Origin: Histomonas meleagridis 2922-C6/04-290x
Lineage: Eukaryota; Protista; Parabasalia
Direction: 5' to 3'
DNA: 64,000 nt
Assembly: GCA_020184695.1 (NCBI GenBank)
Contig: JAANOX010000099.1
Location: 310,001-374,000 of the forward strand
Within the stretch, counting starts at the first letter, position 1. Each line of letters begins with the position of its first letter. Made by a program: the position numbers and the translations under genes. Positions 1-11,571 of the stretch are shown piece by piece. The notes beneath the pieces are model-generated. The model did no database searches. It was not told where the DNA came from and worked only from the letters and a program-made list of their open reading frames with translations.

Positions 1-618
1 CTTCCACACGCCATCATGCGTATCAACCTCGCCGGTCGTGATCTCACAGCCTACCTCCAAAAGATCCTCAACGAACGTGGTTACACCTTCACAACATCCG
101 CCGAAAAGGAAATTGTTCGTGATATCAAGGAGAAGCACGCATATGTTGCTCTTGATTTCGACGAAGAAATGAACAAGGCCGCCACAACATCCGAATGCGA
201 CATCTCATACACACTTCCAGATGGCAACGTCATCACCATCGCCAACGAGCGCTTCAGGTGCCCAGAACTTCTTTTCAAGCCACACTTCAATGGCTTCGAA
301 TTCGAAGGTATTGACCAAACCCTCTTCAACTCCATCATGGCATGCGATATCGATGTCCGTAAGGATCTCTACGCTAACATTGTTCTCTCTGGTGGTACCA
401 CAATGTTCGAAGGTCTTCCAGAGCGTATGGAGAAGGAAATGGTCCGCCTCGCACCACCAACAATGAAGATCAAAGTCGTCGCCCCACCAGAACGTAAGTA
501 CGCAGTTTGGATCGGTGGCTCCATCCTCGCATCACTCGCTACATTCCCACAAATGGTTATCACACGTGACGAATACAACGAAGCTGGTCCAGGAATTGTT
601 CACCGCAAGTGCTTCTAA
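1..618 (+). CDS. ACT: Actin, C-terminal half (5' end outside the window)
   Basis: [10 protein letters not shown]..., [42 protein letters not shown]-terminal IVHRKCF; strong C-ending codon bias typical of a highly expressed gene. Confidence 0.99.
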   Translation, partial: LPHAIMRINLAGRDLTAYLQKILNERGYTFTTSAEKEIVRDIKEKHAYVALDFDEEMNKAATTSECDISYTLPDGNVITIANERFRCPELLFKPHFNGFEFEGIDQTLFNSIMACDIDVRKDLYANIVLSGGTTMFEGLPERMEKEMVRLAPPTMKIKVVAPPERKYAVWIGGSILASLATFPQMVITRDEYNEAGPGIVHRKCF

Positions 619-725
619 ACAGTTTAATGGGATTAATTTTACCTTTTCATATGGTTTTATTCCAAAAAGTCTGAAATAGTTTGTTTTTAATTTTTCTCTG
701 CTTCCATTACTTTGTTTGAAAGTTG

Positions 726-973
726 TTACCAATGAATGATTCGAAATCTATAAAATGTGAAATGTTTGTTTCTTTGCCTAGTCGCCAACGGTGAGGCGTT
801 TGCCATTGGACACTTCATCAACCATACTGCATAATCTGCATTTGAGAATTTGCTTTCCCTTTTTTGATTGAATATTGTTCCTGCACCAACAACAACACAC
901 AGCCTTGGTGCTTCAATGATGTCCTTTGTAAGCATACAATGAAACCAGTGGCACTAATAACAACAACTTTCAT
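726..973 (-). pseudogene. Internally deleted, frameshifted relic of an NAD(P)H-binding Rossmann protein (COG2910/NADH-flavin reductase-like)
   Basis: ATG at 973 after TCATTTT gives MKVVVISATGFI (GATG-like). A second frame gives IIEAPRLCVVVGAG and ADYAVWL..RQR..FT, recalled as resembling RLLVVGGAG and DYA..RQRFT motifs. Confidence 0.4.
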
Positions 974-1244
974 GAAAATGAAATGCAAAATTTGACAAAT
1001 GAAAAAAGTTCAGGTTAAAGGATAGCCTTTGATGTTGATTCGTTTGAATGATTTATAATCGAAAATAAACTCAATAAATGTTTAAAAATTGTTAACTGTG
1101 TTATAGAAAGCAAATTTCAATTTTTTATATTTCACAATAAAATGTTTGAAACCTAACACATAGTTCACAACTTGAATGAATCTGAACATATAATACATTA
1201 AAAAAAAATATTCATAATGACATTTATTTCATTACATACATTGA

Positions 1245-2669
1245 TCAAATCGGCTTTATGTTCCTATCAAAAGCCTTAGCGCCCTCAAATATTTCTGTCC
1301 AGTTCGCCTTGAACTGATTTGCTTTTTTAGCTTTCCTCACTTTCAATGTTTCGTTTACCTTATTAAATGTCTGCGAGTCGAGCTCTGACAATCCCTGCAA
1401 TGTCACAAATGCGTTTGTCCTTATGCACTCATCCCAATGATTCTTTGCACTTTTATAAACATATTTCACAATTATTGGGTATAGAGTTGATGCATGAGTT
1501 TTCAGTAAAAATGATACCTTAGGGTTCATCAAAATATTAATTGCTGTCTCAGCAACATCAGAATTTAAGTTCATTGTCATCTTCGAAATGAGCTTGAAAA
1601 CTGATGTTGCCATCTGAGGCGTCACATTAATCTCAAAGTTCTCAAGAAGTTCCTCAATTTCAGACAAGAAAAGTATTTGCTTTTGACGACAGGACTTGGG
1701 CCAGTGCATCAAAAGATAATTAACGGTTCTGTCAAGCAAAAATCCACTTTTTGTGATGTATCGTAAAATGAGTTGAACGTATTGCGCTTGGAAAGTTGGA
1801 TAATTTTCAAGCGTATGTATGGGAAGTATAGCGTTGTAATAATATGTAATGTGGCTGGGATTTAGTGGAGAATTAAAACCTGTCACAACACTAACAAAAA
1901 ATTCGAGAATCTCAGTGGAGCAATTACCAATTGCAAAATGAGCAGCAACTTTATCACGCACAATTGAACGGAGATTCATGTATTTGGTATATAAAGTATG
2001 TAATATATCGCGTACAGCAATTCTTTCGCGATCATCTGGAGACGAGCAATTCCGAACTAAATTATAGATAAAACTACTTGATATATTGGAGGAATGACGG
2101 CAGTTCAAAGAGGCTAATAAGCAATTATAGGCAAGGCTGATGTGTGGCCATGCAGAATCCAACATTGAGTCATGTGCACCAACTACATTAATAGCAGGCA
2201 TCTTTGGTAACGTACGAAATAAGTTGATAGATAACATTTTGTGAAATTCTTTCATGGACTCAAGTGAAATATTTCGGATGAGATGTGGGATTGAAAAACA
2301 TGATGCTAGTTGCTTTAACAATGTAGCCTTGGTTACCTTGGCCTTAGCATCAATTTTTGGAGATGAAAAATCACAAATAATTGAACATTCAGTACATTTT
2401 GATAAAAATAGATTTGTATATTCTTTTGGTGGCACGTCTTGAAAGTTACGACTCATTTTAATGACGACATCACGTTCTGAATTTAAACGACGCAATGTTG
2501 AAATACTTAATGTTTGATCAACATTAAGATTCAGTTCTGATTTTGGAACCTCTCTTTTTGCAAGTTTTCTTGGTTTTGAATGATTTGTTACTGCAGGTTT
2601 GTGAATTTTGGGGATTGGTTTGTTTCCAATCCTTTTCCTCATTTTTAACCGTTTATTGAACCCAAACAT
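1245..2669 (-). CDS. PPP2R5: PP2A regulatory subunit B56 (B')
   Basis: LFLSKCTECSIICDF, INLFRTLP, DSAWPHISLAY, SPDDRERIAVRDILHTLY, LLMHWPK..KQILFLSEIEE; first ATG at 2669 (track start at 2681 is TTG). Confidence 0.93.
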   Translation of the reverse strand: MFGFNKRLKMRKRIGNKPIPKIHKPAVTNHSKPRKLAKREVPKSELNLNVDQTLSISTLRRLNSERDVVIKMSRNFQDVPPKEYTNLFLSKCTECSIICDFSSPKIDAKAKVTKATLLKQLASCFSIPHLIRNISLESMKEFHKMLSINLFRTLPKMPAINVVGAHDSMLDSAWPHISLAYNCLLASLNCRHSSNISSSFIYNLVRNCSSPDDRERIAVRDILHTLYTKYMNLRSIVRDKVAAHFAIGNCSTEILEFFVSVVTGFNSPLNPSHITYYYNAILPIHTLENYPTFQAQYVQLILRYITKSGFLLDRTVNYLLMHWPKSCRQKQILFLSEIEELLENFEINVTPQMATSVFKLISKMTMNLNSDVAETAINILMNPKVSFLLKTHASTLYPIIVKYVYKSAKNHWDECIRTNAFVTLQGLSELDSQTFNKVNETLKVRKAKKANQFKANWTEIFEGAKAFDRNIKPI

Positions 2670-3010
2670 ATAACCGTCCAACCTTTGACATCACCTTTGT
2701 TTACGAGAGCGAGAAGCAGGAAACCAAGTGAAACAAATCGAGCCTCAATGCAATCCATTTAATCCAATTTGAAAACAGCTACGTATATAATATTTTAATT
2801 GATTGATCAATTAATGAAAACTTCCCAAGTAAACGCCATCTATGAATTTTCTAATCTTGGCTTATTCCTAAAATCATGGAAAGACTCACAAACTCTGATG
2901 TTTAAACATTGTTTACACAATAAGTGGTCGATAATGCCATAAAAACTCAAAAGAAAACGGTAACTATTCAAAAATTCAAAGTAATATTACGGTTTGTGAC
3001 ATGCAATCCA

Positions 3011-3874
3011 ATGGAAATAAATGAGTGTGAATACAGCGAAGACGATTTCTGTGATGAATTTTTCAATGATTCTCTTGAAATGGAATACCAACAAAAATCA
3101 CCAATAAAAGAAGCAATTGAAAATTCATTAAACGAAGCAAAGAACATTACAATATCTTCATCATTATTTGCTAATAAACAAACTGATCTCACACTTAAAT
3201 CCAGAGTTTGCATTATAGAATGGCTTGAAAGAGTTGTATATAAAATACATTTTACAAAAGAAACATTATACAATACTGTTTATATTCTTGATCAAGTACT
3301 TACACAAATTAATGTAAAGACAGAAGACATTCAATTGACGGCTACAGTTTGCCTATGGCTAATGGCAAAAATTGTGGAAACATCTCATTTTGAACTTCCA
3401 ATTTTTTCGGCATGTATTTGTCAAAACCAATTTACAGATGATCAATTTATTCAAAAAGAACTCGAAGTCATAAAAGCAGTTAAAGGTAGATTTAATTATC
3501 CAACTGCTCAGTTATTTTTAGAACCATTTCTAATCCAAATTAATGGAACACAATATCAGAAATGTGCTGAATACTTCTTAGATCTTTCTTTAATGATATA
3601 TGCATTCGTAGAAATTCCACCCCAAATTATTACAGTGTGTGCAATTATTGGAGCAATGGGCGAAAATTGTCCAATCCATCAGCTTTGTAAAATATCTCAA
3701 GTAGAACTTTCTCCTCTTGTCCAAAGAGTTTTTGACAGACTTGTAGAATTTGCACATATCATGGTCACAAAAAACGGCACAATTTTTAATTTCGTATTCA
3801 CCAAAGAAGAATTGGTGTCAATGACAAATGATCTTGATAAATCGGCAATATTTTTAGCCAAATATATAAATTAA
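3011..3874 (+). CDS. Cyclin (A/B-like cyclin box)
   Basis: RVCIIEWLERV, ETLYNTVYILDQVL, QLTATVCLWLMAKIVE, QKELEVIKAVKGRFNYPT; first ATG at 3011. Confidence 0.85.
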   Translation: MEINECEYSEDDFCDEFFNDSLEMEYQQKSPIKEAIENSLNEAKNITISSSLFANKQTDLTLKSRVCIIEWLERVVYKIHFTKETLYNTVYILDQVLTQINVKTEDIQLTATVCLWLMAKIVETSHFELPIFSACICQNQFTDDQFIQKELEVIKAVKGRFNYPTAQLFLEPFLIQINGTQYQKCAEYFLDLSLMIYAFVEIPPQIITVCAIIGAMGENCPIHQLCKISQVELSPLVQRVFDRLVEFAHIMVTKNGTIFNFVFTKEELVSMTNDLDKSAIFLAKYIN

Positions 3875-3964
3875 TAAATGTTTGATATATTTTCATATCA
3901 CATGTCATATCATACAGATTTTGTAAAGTATTGAACACTTCTTCAATGGTCTTGACCAAAATCC

Positions 3965-5179
3965 ATGGAAACTCAAACTTTTGCAGATTTAGGCCTCTGT
4001 CCTCAAGTTTGTGAAGCAGTTGCAGATTTAGGATGGAAAGTTCCAACAGAAATTCAAGCATCAACAATTCCAAAAGCTCTTAAAGGGGAAGATGTTGCAG
4101 GAATGGCAAAAACAGGAAGTGGTAAAACAGGTGCATATTTGCTTCCTCTTATCCACCGTATGATTGAAGCACAAATCCCACCTAAATATGCTGTCATATT
4201 AGCACCTACACGTGAACTCGTTCTTCAAATTTCAGAAGTTTGTCAAATTCTTTGCAAAAAAATCAAAGCTACTATTGTTACAGCCTACGGTGGCATGGAT
4301 GATGTTGAACAAATGGCACTTCTTGCAAAAGAACCAAACATAATAATTGCCACACCTGGTCGACTCTCTCAACTTCTTACAGAAGCCCATGGATTTAATC
4401 TTTCTACTGTCCACATCATTGTTGTAGATGAAGCTGATCAAATGGCAGGTGTATCATTTTATGATGATATCCGTATCATCATTCGTAGCTCATCTCACCA
4501 ACGCCAACTTCTTCTTTTCTCAGCTACCATGCCACAGAGCGTCGAACGCCTTGCAGAACTTTCAATCAGCGATACGTCATTTGTTAAACTTGGCTCAAAA
4601 GAACAACTTCCAACTGTCATCGAAGAAGAGATGATTCCAGTACATGCCCAACGTAAGGAAGCGACGCTTGCTACCATCCTTGATGAAAACCGCCAATTGT
4701 CCGTTGTTGTTTTTTGCTCGAGTTGTCGCATGGCCGAAATTCTCACAGACGCATTAAAGAATGCTGGCTTCAGTGCTGGGATGGCGCATGGGAAAATGAC
4801 GCAACCACAGCGTGAAGAACAAATATCGATGTTTCGTACCGGCGAAATACGAATTCTCGTCTCAACTAATGTTGCAGCACGTGGAATCGATATTCCAAAC
4901 ATTGATTTGGTTATAAACTATGATTTGCCTCCAACGCCAAAGGAATATGTCCATAGATGCGGAAGAGCAGGTAGAGCAGGACGAAAAGGCGCTGCGCTGA
5001 CATTTGTAACACTTGAAGATAAAGATGAATATTTGAAAATAGAAAAATTCTTAAGAAGGAAATTGAAACCAAAACAAGTGGACGAGAAAAAGGTACTTAA
5101 ATGGGTTTTACCATTTAGGAAAGCGAAGGATGAAGCAGTGGAGAAATATAAAATTAAGAGTAGGTCAAAGAAGCAATAA
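3965..5179 (+). CDS. DDX47: DEAD-box RNA helicase, DDX47/Rrp3-like
   Basis: Q motif PTEIQ, AKTGSGKT, PTREL, TPGRL, DEAD, SAT, ARGIDIP, HRCGRAGRAG; subfamily assigned from recalled similarity only. Confidence 0.85.
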   Translation: METQTFADLGLCPQVCEAVADLGWKVPTEIQASTIPKALKGEDVAGMAKTGSGKTGAYLLPLIHRMIEAQIPPKYAVILAPTRELVLQISEVCQILCKKIKATIVTAYGGMDDVEQMALLAKEPNIIIATPGRLSQLLTEAHGFNLSTVHIIVVDEADQMAGVSFYDDIRIIIRSSSHQRQLLLFSATMPQSVERLAELSISDTSFVKLGSKEQLPTVIEEEMIPVHAQRKEATLATILDENRQLSVVVFCSSCRMAEILTDALKNAGFSAGMAHGKMTQPQREEQISMFRTGEIRILVSTNVAARGIDIPNIDLVINYDLPPTPKEYVHRCGRAGRAGRKGAALTFVTLEDKDEYLKIEKFLRRKLKPKQVDEKKVLKWVLPFRKAKDEAVEKYKIKSRSKKQ

Positions 5180-5315
5180 ATTGTTATGTTTATTAAACTA
5201 TATTTTAAATAATAAAAGTTGTTAATTCCCACATAAGAAAAGTAAACCACTCAAAAAATTCACTTTTGACTCCACTTTTTGCGTGGATGCACACGTTGTA
5301 AGCAAAAGTAGCAAA

Positions 5316-6263
5316 ATGAGGCCTCATGTTCTTGAGATTTTAGTAATGATCTGTCTCTTAATATGCACATCCATTAAATGCTATTTAAACATAGAAGCAA
5401 TAGATGTAACACCAAAAATTGATGCAAATACAAATAATAAATTGGCAATATTTTTATTTCAAAATCAACAGATCTTGTTTATATTACATGAATTTGGTAT
5501 CTTGTCCATAATCATCTCTTTAGCTTTATTAAATTGCAATATTTTATCGAGCTACTTATTCATTCTTCTCAGATTCATACTATCAAAATCACAATTTGAC
5601 ATCGCCTTTTCTTTCACAAGCATTAACTTCCTTATTATTGTCTTGTCATTGCGCCTTTCAAAGCGATTAATTTTAAATTATATTTTGATTCTCATTTCAG
5701 GCATTTTAAGCTCACTAGCAGCTAACATTTGCATTGAATTTATCCATATTGTCTTTTGTTGTTTCTTTTCATTTCTATTTCTATGGTTAAAAAATAATCG
5801 AATTGGTAGTGATACAGCACCAGATTTACCAGCTATCCTTACAGTTGGTATCTTCATGGTTTCGTCAATCACAACGTTTATTATTTGTTCTCTCATAAAT
5901 GGTCATCCTAATTATTCCACAAAATTTTTCAGCTTTTCTTCAACACTTAACGAATTTCCAATTCTTCACTCAAAGGTAACTATTTCGTTGATCCCAATTC
6001 TCCCATCATTAATCAAAACTACAGACCCTACAATACTTTTACTCTCATTCACATGTTTTCTTGCTTCACAACTTTTCAGATTTATTCCTTTGTCAACAGA
6101 AGGATTTGGCAAAGAAATATGTGTTGTTGTTTCGAGTAGACTGTACGATGTTGGATCTCTTATCTTGGTAAATAGAAGTCATCGTACAATTATCAATTTT
6201 GTGTCAATAACAATTTTTGTGTTTCTGTTCATTGTTTGCAAGTTTTTCAATCTTGAGTTTTAA
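5316..6263 (+). CDS. Multi-pass membrane protein, function unknown (possibly degenerate PMT/GT-C-like)
   Basis: Long ORF made up mostly of hydrophobic helices; first ATG at 5316. Confidence 0.6.
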   Translation: MRPHVLEILVMICLLICTSIKCYLNIEAIDVTPKIDANTNNKLAIFLFQNQQILFILHEFGILSIIISLALLNCNILSSYLFILLRFILSKSQFDIAFSFTSINFLIIVLSLRLSKRLILNYILILISGILSSLAANICIEFIHIVFCCFFSFLFLWLKNNRIGSDTAPDLPAILTVGIFMVSSITTFIICSLINGHPNYSTKFFSFSSTLNEFPILHSKVTISLIPILPSLIKTTDPTILLLSFTCFLASQLFRFIPLSTEGFGKEICVVVSSRLYDVGSLILVNRSHRTIINFVSITIFVFLFIVCKFFNLEF

Positions 6264-6570
6264 TGTACTGTTAAACATTTGGCTGTTTGTTGTATGGATA
6301 AATAAAGATTTATTAACAAAATTATTTGACTTAATTTCACAAATATTAAAAGAACTATGGAGCTGAGAATCAAAAAGGCATATATGAAATAATTGTCTCG
6401 TAATTATGTAAAACTGATATGTATGAATTATTAATTTTGCGTTATAAACTTATATGAAATTCTTAATATGTAGCGTACCTTTGTGAATATTTCACATGTT
6501 GAAACCTGTAATGCAGATGCAATTTCTCTTTTTTCAGGGTGTAGATTTTATTTTTAAACGGCCAAAATTC

Positions 6571-9500
6571 ATGTCAGATTCTCCTCTTGATTTCTCTTCA
6601 ACACCTAAGTCCAAAAAATCATTAATGGATCAAACTTTAAGTTCTCCATTCGTTCTTGCCAAAGAATATCAACAACATGTTGACGAATTAGAAAGTGAAA
6701 ATTTTACATTAAGAATGCTTCTAAGTAACATGGAACTTAGGTTAAATAGCTTTCTAAAATCGCACAATATTGAAGAAAGTGTTAGACAAGAATTTTTTGA
6801 TCAAGAAAAATTAATTGCCAAATTATCACAAGATGAACAAAATTCATCAACGATGAACGAAGAACTTCAAGAGCAGCTTTCCAAGGCCATTGAAGAAAAT
6901 CAAAGATTACAAAATGAAATAAATGAAAGAGCGAATCATATGGTTGATGCAGTAGCTGAAGCATCAGCTCAGCTTGAAAACGAGGCGGAAGCGGCTCTAG
7001 AAAGTACGTCTTTGCGCGCTAAGCTTGAAGTTCTTGAAAATGATTCACAAAATAAGCAAGATATCATTAAAAATCTTCAATTCCAAATCACAGAACTCAA
7101 TCAAAGGATCAACAAACTCACACAAGAGAATGAGGATCTCAATAAAAACAATGCGTTGATAGAAAATTTGCAAAACTCATTAAAATCATTAAATGAAGAA
7201 AACGCAACACTCAAGCAGAAAAACAAAGAACTGACTGAAGAGAATCAAAACAACGAAAATTTGTCCTTCATTGACTTTAATGAAGTTGAACGACTTGTAC
7301 AGAATCTCGAAAATGCAACAGACACGATTGACAAATTAAAAGAAGAAAACGAAGAATTAAAATCGAAAATATTAAATCTTCAAAACAATGAAGAAGATAA
7401 TGTATCACTTCTTGACAAACTTGAAAATGCGAATAATTTATTATTTGCTGAAAGGCACGAAAATGAAAATTTACATAAAACAATTTCATCATTAATTATA
7501 TGCTTCAAAGCAAATGACATTGATAGTGCCATTTCTAATTACGAAGCATTAGTTAAAGAGAATGATGAACTCAAAGCAGAAATAAGTGATCTTGAAGGGA
7601 AAAACGAATCTGACGAAAAAGTACAAAATTTAATAAAAGAAAACAATGAATTAAAAGAGAAAGTTAATAAATTAGAAAAAATAGAACCGAATTATAAACA
7701 AATTGTAGCTGAAATAAATAATGAATTAATTTCATTACAACAAACGAATGAAAAATTAGTCAAAGAAAATAATGAATTACAACAAAGATTAATTCAACAA
7801 ATTTCATTAAGTACATCGAAATATAGTAATCAAAAAACATTTGGTACATTTACTTTATCAAGTGATGATGAAAAAACTGAAGAAGATCTTTTGGCATCTG
7901 AATCAATATCAATACAAAACATTAAAGGAATAAGTGACTTAAAAACAGCAAATCAAAAACTTATTGAAGAAAATGAAATGTTGAAAAGTAATAAAATATT
8001 AAATGAAAAGGAAATTAAAGAACTTCAAGATAAAAATAATCAAATTAATGAAGAAAATAAATCACTTAAAGAAAAAGAAAAACAAATTTCAAATGAAATA
8101 GATGAACTTAAAAAGAAAAATATAAAATTATTAGATGAAAATAAATTGTTAAGAAGACAAACATCAAAAAGTAATTCAATGTCACCAAAATTTCAGCCGA
8201 ATTTATCAATTGCAGAAAGAGAAAAATTTACAAATGAAATCAAAAAATTACAAAATCAAAATAAGAAAATTAATGAAGAAAATGAAGAACTTAAAAAGAA
8301 AAATTCGGAAAATAATGAACTCATCGAAAGAGAAAAGAAATTAACAAAAGAAATCGAAAACATTTCGAATCAAAATTCGGAATTAAATAAGAAAAATGAA
8401 ACTCTACAAAATCAAAACATAGAAAATACAAAAGCGATTGAAAGCGAAAAGAAATTAACAAATAAATTAAAGAAAGAAAATGAAACACTTAAAAAACAAA
8501 ACACCGAAAATTTAACAGCAATTGAAAATGAAAAGAAATTAACAAATAAATTAAAAAAAGAAAATGAAACACTTAAAAATCAAAACATTGAAAATCTTAA
8601 AGCAATTGAAAACGAGAAGAAAATAACAAATCAACTAAAGAAAGAAAATGAAACACTCAAAAAGAAGAGAATAAGTTCTTCAACGATTGAAAAAGAAAGA
8701 AAATTTGCGAAAGAAATGGAGAATATGACGAAGCAAAATCAAGAACTTAAAAAGGAAAACGAAACGCTTCAAAAGAAGAACATTGAAAATTCTGTTTTAA
8801 TCGAAAAAGAGAAGAAAACTACAGAAGAATTAAAGAAAGAGAATGAAGAACTTCAAAAGAAAAACATCGAAAATTCGATTGCGCTTGAAAAAGAGAAGAA
8901 AATTACTGATGAATTAAAAAGGGAAAACGAAACATTACAAAATAAAAACATTGAAAATTTTGTTGAACTCGAAAACGGAAAGAAAACTATTGAAGAATTA
9001 AAGAAAGAAAATGAATTACTTAAGACAAATAATAATAACAATGCTTTATTAGTAGAAAAAGCGAATGATCTTCTTAAAGAAATTGATGAATTAAACATAT
9101 TAACAAACAATAAATCGAACAAAATTGAAGCACTTAAAAAATTGAATCAAAAATTAACAGAAAAAAACAAATTACTTCAAAAGGCATTAAAACAATCGAA
9201 ACTAATAACATTAGAAACACTTTCAACAACTTCATCTGCAACTAAAATGAATACCAATAAAATAAATCGCGAAGATTCGATTAGTTTGCAAGCCGAAAAC
9301 TTAAATTTAAATGAAAATTATATTATTTTACAAAAAGAAAATCGCGAACTTCGTAATCAAACGCAAATATTACTTAAGAAAATCGAATCACTTCAAAATG
9401 AAATTGAAAAATCCAAAACAATAATCACAGAAAATGAACAATTAAAGAAAGAAAACAAAACATTACAATATAAACTTCAATCGCCGAATCATAAAACGAA

Positions 9501-10467
9501 TCAACTACAACAAAAAGCTTTCGAAACAGAGAAAATATTAAATCAAAAGCTCAAACAACAAAAACAACAACATAAAGAAAAAATGGAACAATTTTCTAAC
9601 CAAGAAATTAAAGCACGTAAAATACTTATGGAAGGATTTCAACAACTATTTGAGTTACTTGTTTATCAAATCACTTTATTCATCACAAAATTTTCGAACA
9701 AAATCGAACCATTAAATATCCGAATCTTTAAATTAAAACATTCGATAATAGAACTCATCCAAAATAAATCGCATTTCCCACTTGTTTCATTACGTTCAGA
9801 TATTGTCGAATTCATTAAAACTACATCCGAAATGATGCAAGATTTACATGATGCAGCAACTGCTTGTATACATGCAACAGCATCGCAAACGAATAAACGA
9901 AATTTATATAAATTAAATTTATCAGAAGATGAAAAAAACAATATAATAAATCTTCAACACAGATATAACATAAAATATAAAAATGATATGGAAGAAACAA
10001 ATTCGTTCATAAGCTTTAAAGATGTAAGTGATTATATATCAACATCTAATTTAAAAGGAGTTTTGAAAACCCAAAATTCAACTAAAAATAATGAAAATCG
10101 AGTTATGTTTAGTATAAATAATAATATTCCGAAAAATTTATACGTTGAATACGTTAAACAATTCGAATTCTTTGTGAAATCGGTTTTGAAAATATTCAAC
10201 GAAAATGAACTCGCAAAATCGATTTCATTTAATAATTGTAATGCTTCGTTCAAGCAAAACTTGGTTTTGATATTGCAGAAAATTAAAATGAACTACGAAA
10301 AATTAATCGCGCAATCAAAGAAACACTCAATGAACCCACAAATTGTTGAGCTGATATCACAGTTCTCTGAAAATGTAAACCAATATGCAGAAAGACTCCA
10401 TAGCGAACATATAGAGTTCATAGATGCGATCGAAAAAGAAAAAACTGTTGTGAAAATTAATAAATAA
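6571..10467 (+). CDS. Large coiled-coil protein
   Basis: About 1300 aa, E/K/N/L-rich heptads; likely start MSDSPLDF at 6571. Confidence 0.85.
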   Translation: MSDSPLDFSSTPKSKKSLMDQTLSSPFVLAKEYQQHVDELESENFTLRMLLSNMELRLNSFLKSHNIEESVRQEFFDQEKLIAKLSQDEQNSSTMNEELQEQLSKAIEENQRLQNEINERANHMVDAVAEASAQLENEAEAALESTSLRAKLEVLENDSQNKQDIIKNLQFQITELNQRINKLTQENEDLNKNNALIENLQNSLKSLNEENATLKQKNKELTEENQNNENLSFIDFNEVERLVQNLENATDTIDKLKEENEELKSKILNLQNNEEDNVSLLDKLENANNLLFAERHENENLHKTISSLIICFKANDIDSAISNYEALVKENDELKAEISDLEGKNESDEKVQNLIKENNELKEKVNKLEKIEPNYKQIVAEINNELISLQQTNEKLVKENNELQQRLIQQISLSTSKYSNQKTFGTFTLSSDDEKTEEDLLASESISIQNIKGISDLKTANQKLIEENEMLKSNKILNEKEIKELQDKNNQINEENKSLKEKEKQISNEIDELKKKNIKLLDENKLLRRQTSKSNSMSPKFQPNLSIAEREKFTNEIKKLQNQNKKINEENEELKKKNSENNELIEREKKLTKEIENISNQNSELNKKNETLQNQNIENTKAIESEKKLTNKLKKENETLKKQNTENLTAIENEKKLTNKLKKENETLKNQNIENLKAIENEKKITNQLKKENETLKKKRISSSTIEKERKFAKEMENMTKQNQELKKENETLQKKNIENSVLIEKEKKTTEELKKENEELQKKNIENSIALEKEKKITDELKRENETLQNKNIENFVELENGKKTIEELKKENELLKTNNNNNALLVEKANDLLKEIDELNILTNNKSNKIEALKKLNQKLTEKNKLLQKALKQSKLITLETLSTTSSATKMNTNKINREDSISLQAENLNLNENYIILQKENRELRNQTQILLKKIESLQNEIEKSKTIITENEQLKKENKTLQYKLQSPNHKTNQLQQKAFETEKILNQKLKQQKQQHKEKMEQFSNQEIKARKILMEGFQQLFELLVYQITLFITKFSNKIEPLNIRIFKLKHSIIELIQNKSHFPLVSLRSDIVEFIKTTSEMMQDLHDAATACIHATASQTNKRNLYKLNLSEDEKNNIINLQHRYNIKYKNDMEETNSFISFKDVSDYISTSNLKGVLKTQNSTKNNENRVMFSINNNIPKNLYVEYVKQFEFFVKSVLKIFNENELAKSISFNNCNASFKQNLVLILQKIKMNYEKLIAQSKKHSMNPQIVELISQFSENVNQYAERLHSEHIEFIDAIEKEKTVVKINK
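8330..9010 (+). repeat. Intragenic 84-bp (28-aa) tandem repeat
   Basis: Units such as EKKLTNKLKKENETLKKQNTENLTAIEN recur about 8 times at 84-bp spacing. Confidence 0.85.
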
Positions 10468-10818
10468 TTGTTTGAATTTAAATATAATATGTTTTTAACC
10501 AAAAATCATTTTCTTTGTTTCTTCAAGAAAATAAAAATTTTATATTGTATACCAAATAATACATATATAATTTGAATAACTAGCAAATTAAAAGAATACA
10601 GTGATAATCAAATTTATCCATTATTAAACTTGAAGTTTGGGTGATATTTCTTTACTCAAGAAAAAAATTATATGACATATCAATAGTAACTTTTCCCATT
10701 CGTTCTGATATTTATTTATTTTGCTATAAGATTTATTCATACGAATCACATGTGTTCTGTATGCATCGATCAAAAATTATATACTTTACATCAAAAGTAC
10801 TTCTGATATACACTTCAA

Positions 10819-11571
10819 ATGGAATATGGTTTTTCGTTCCCAACGCCACAGGCTACTGTAGATAGAGCAAAAGCTGAAAACGAAAAATTAATAGAACGTA
10901 AAAGAAGAATTTTAACAGAACTTTCAGCAATTGAAAATGGGATAAATCTTTATGATATATTGAATCCTGCACGTGATGCTCTCTCTTCCTCCGTGACAGA
11001 CGCTCCATGCTCAGTTGAAATGCTTACTCATAAAAAAGTTTACAAACCTAAAAAATTAAATATCAAAAATGCAAGTGATTCTATTGCAGATATCATAATG
11101 AAAATAGGCCAAAATCCATCCAAAGTGCCTGCGTTTCATATTAGAGAACCACATCCATGCACTGAAGTTGTAAATAATGCAAATGTTTTTTTTGCACAAT
11201 TACATTTCATGCGTTCCTCTCGAGCCTCTCTATTATCATCTCTTGCAATAATTAATCATAGTAACAATATGCAACCTCCTGGAAATACACCTAATCCAAA
11301 TCAAAAAATTGTTGAAGATCAAACTAATCCTCCAATCACACCAAAGAAATCACATCCATTCTTCCCTGAGATCAGAGGAATACATCCACTTCTTGGACAC
11401 ATGAAAAAACAACTTGGTGAATTTCCAACATTTATCAGAAATCCACCAGATGATGCTGAATGTGAAGACCTTGTTATGTCGGCACCGCCTGATTGCTTTC
11501 AAAAACATATTTTCGAAATTTGCGGATCATCAAGTGATGATGATTTTGATCCAGATTCACTTAAACTTTGA
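10819..11571 (+). CDS. Hypothetical protein, 250 aa
   Basis: ATG-initiated ORF with normal coding composition; no family recognised. Confidence 0.7.
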   Translation: MEYGFSFPTPQATVDRAKAENEKLIERKRRILTELSAIENGINLYDILNPARDALSSSVTDAPCSVEMLTHKKVYKPKKLNIKNASDSIADIIMKIGQNPSKVPAFHIREPHPCTEVVNNANVFFAQLHFMRSSRASLLSSLAIINHSNNMQPPGNTPNPNQKIVEDQTNPPITPKKSHPFFPEIRGIHPLLGHMKKQLGEFPTFIRNPPDDAECEDLVMSAPPDCFQKHIFEICGSSSDDDFDPDSLKL

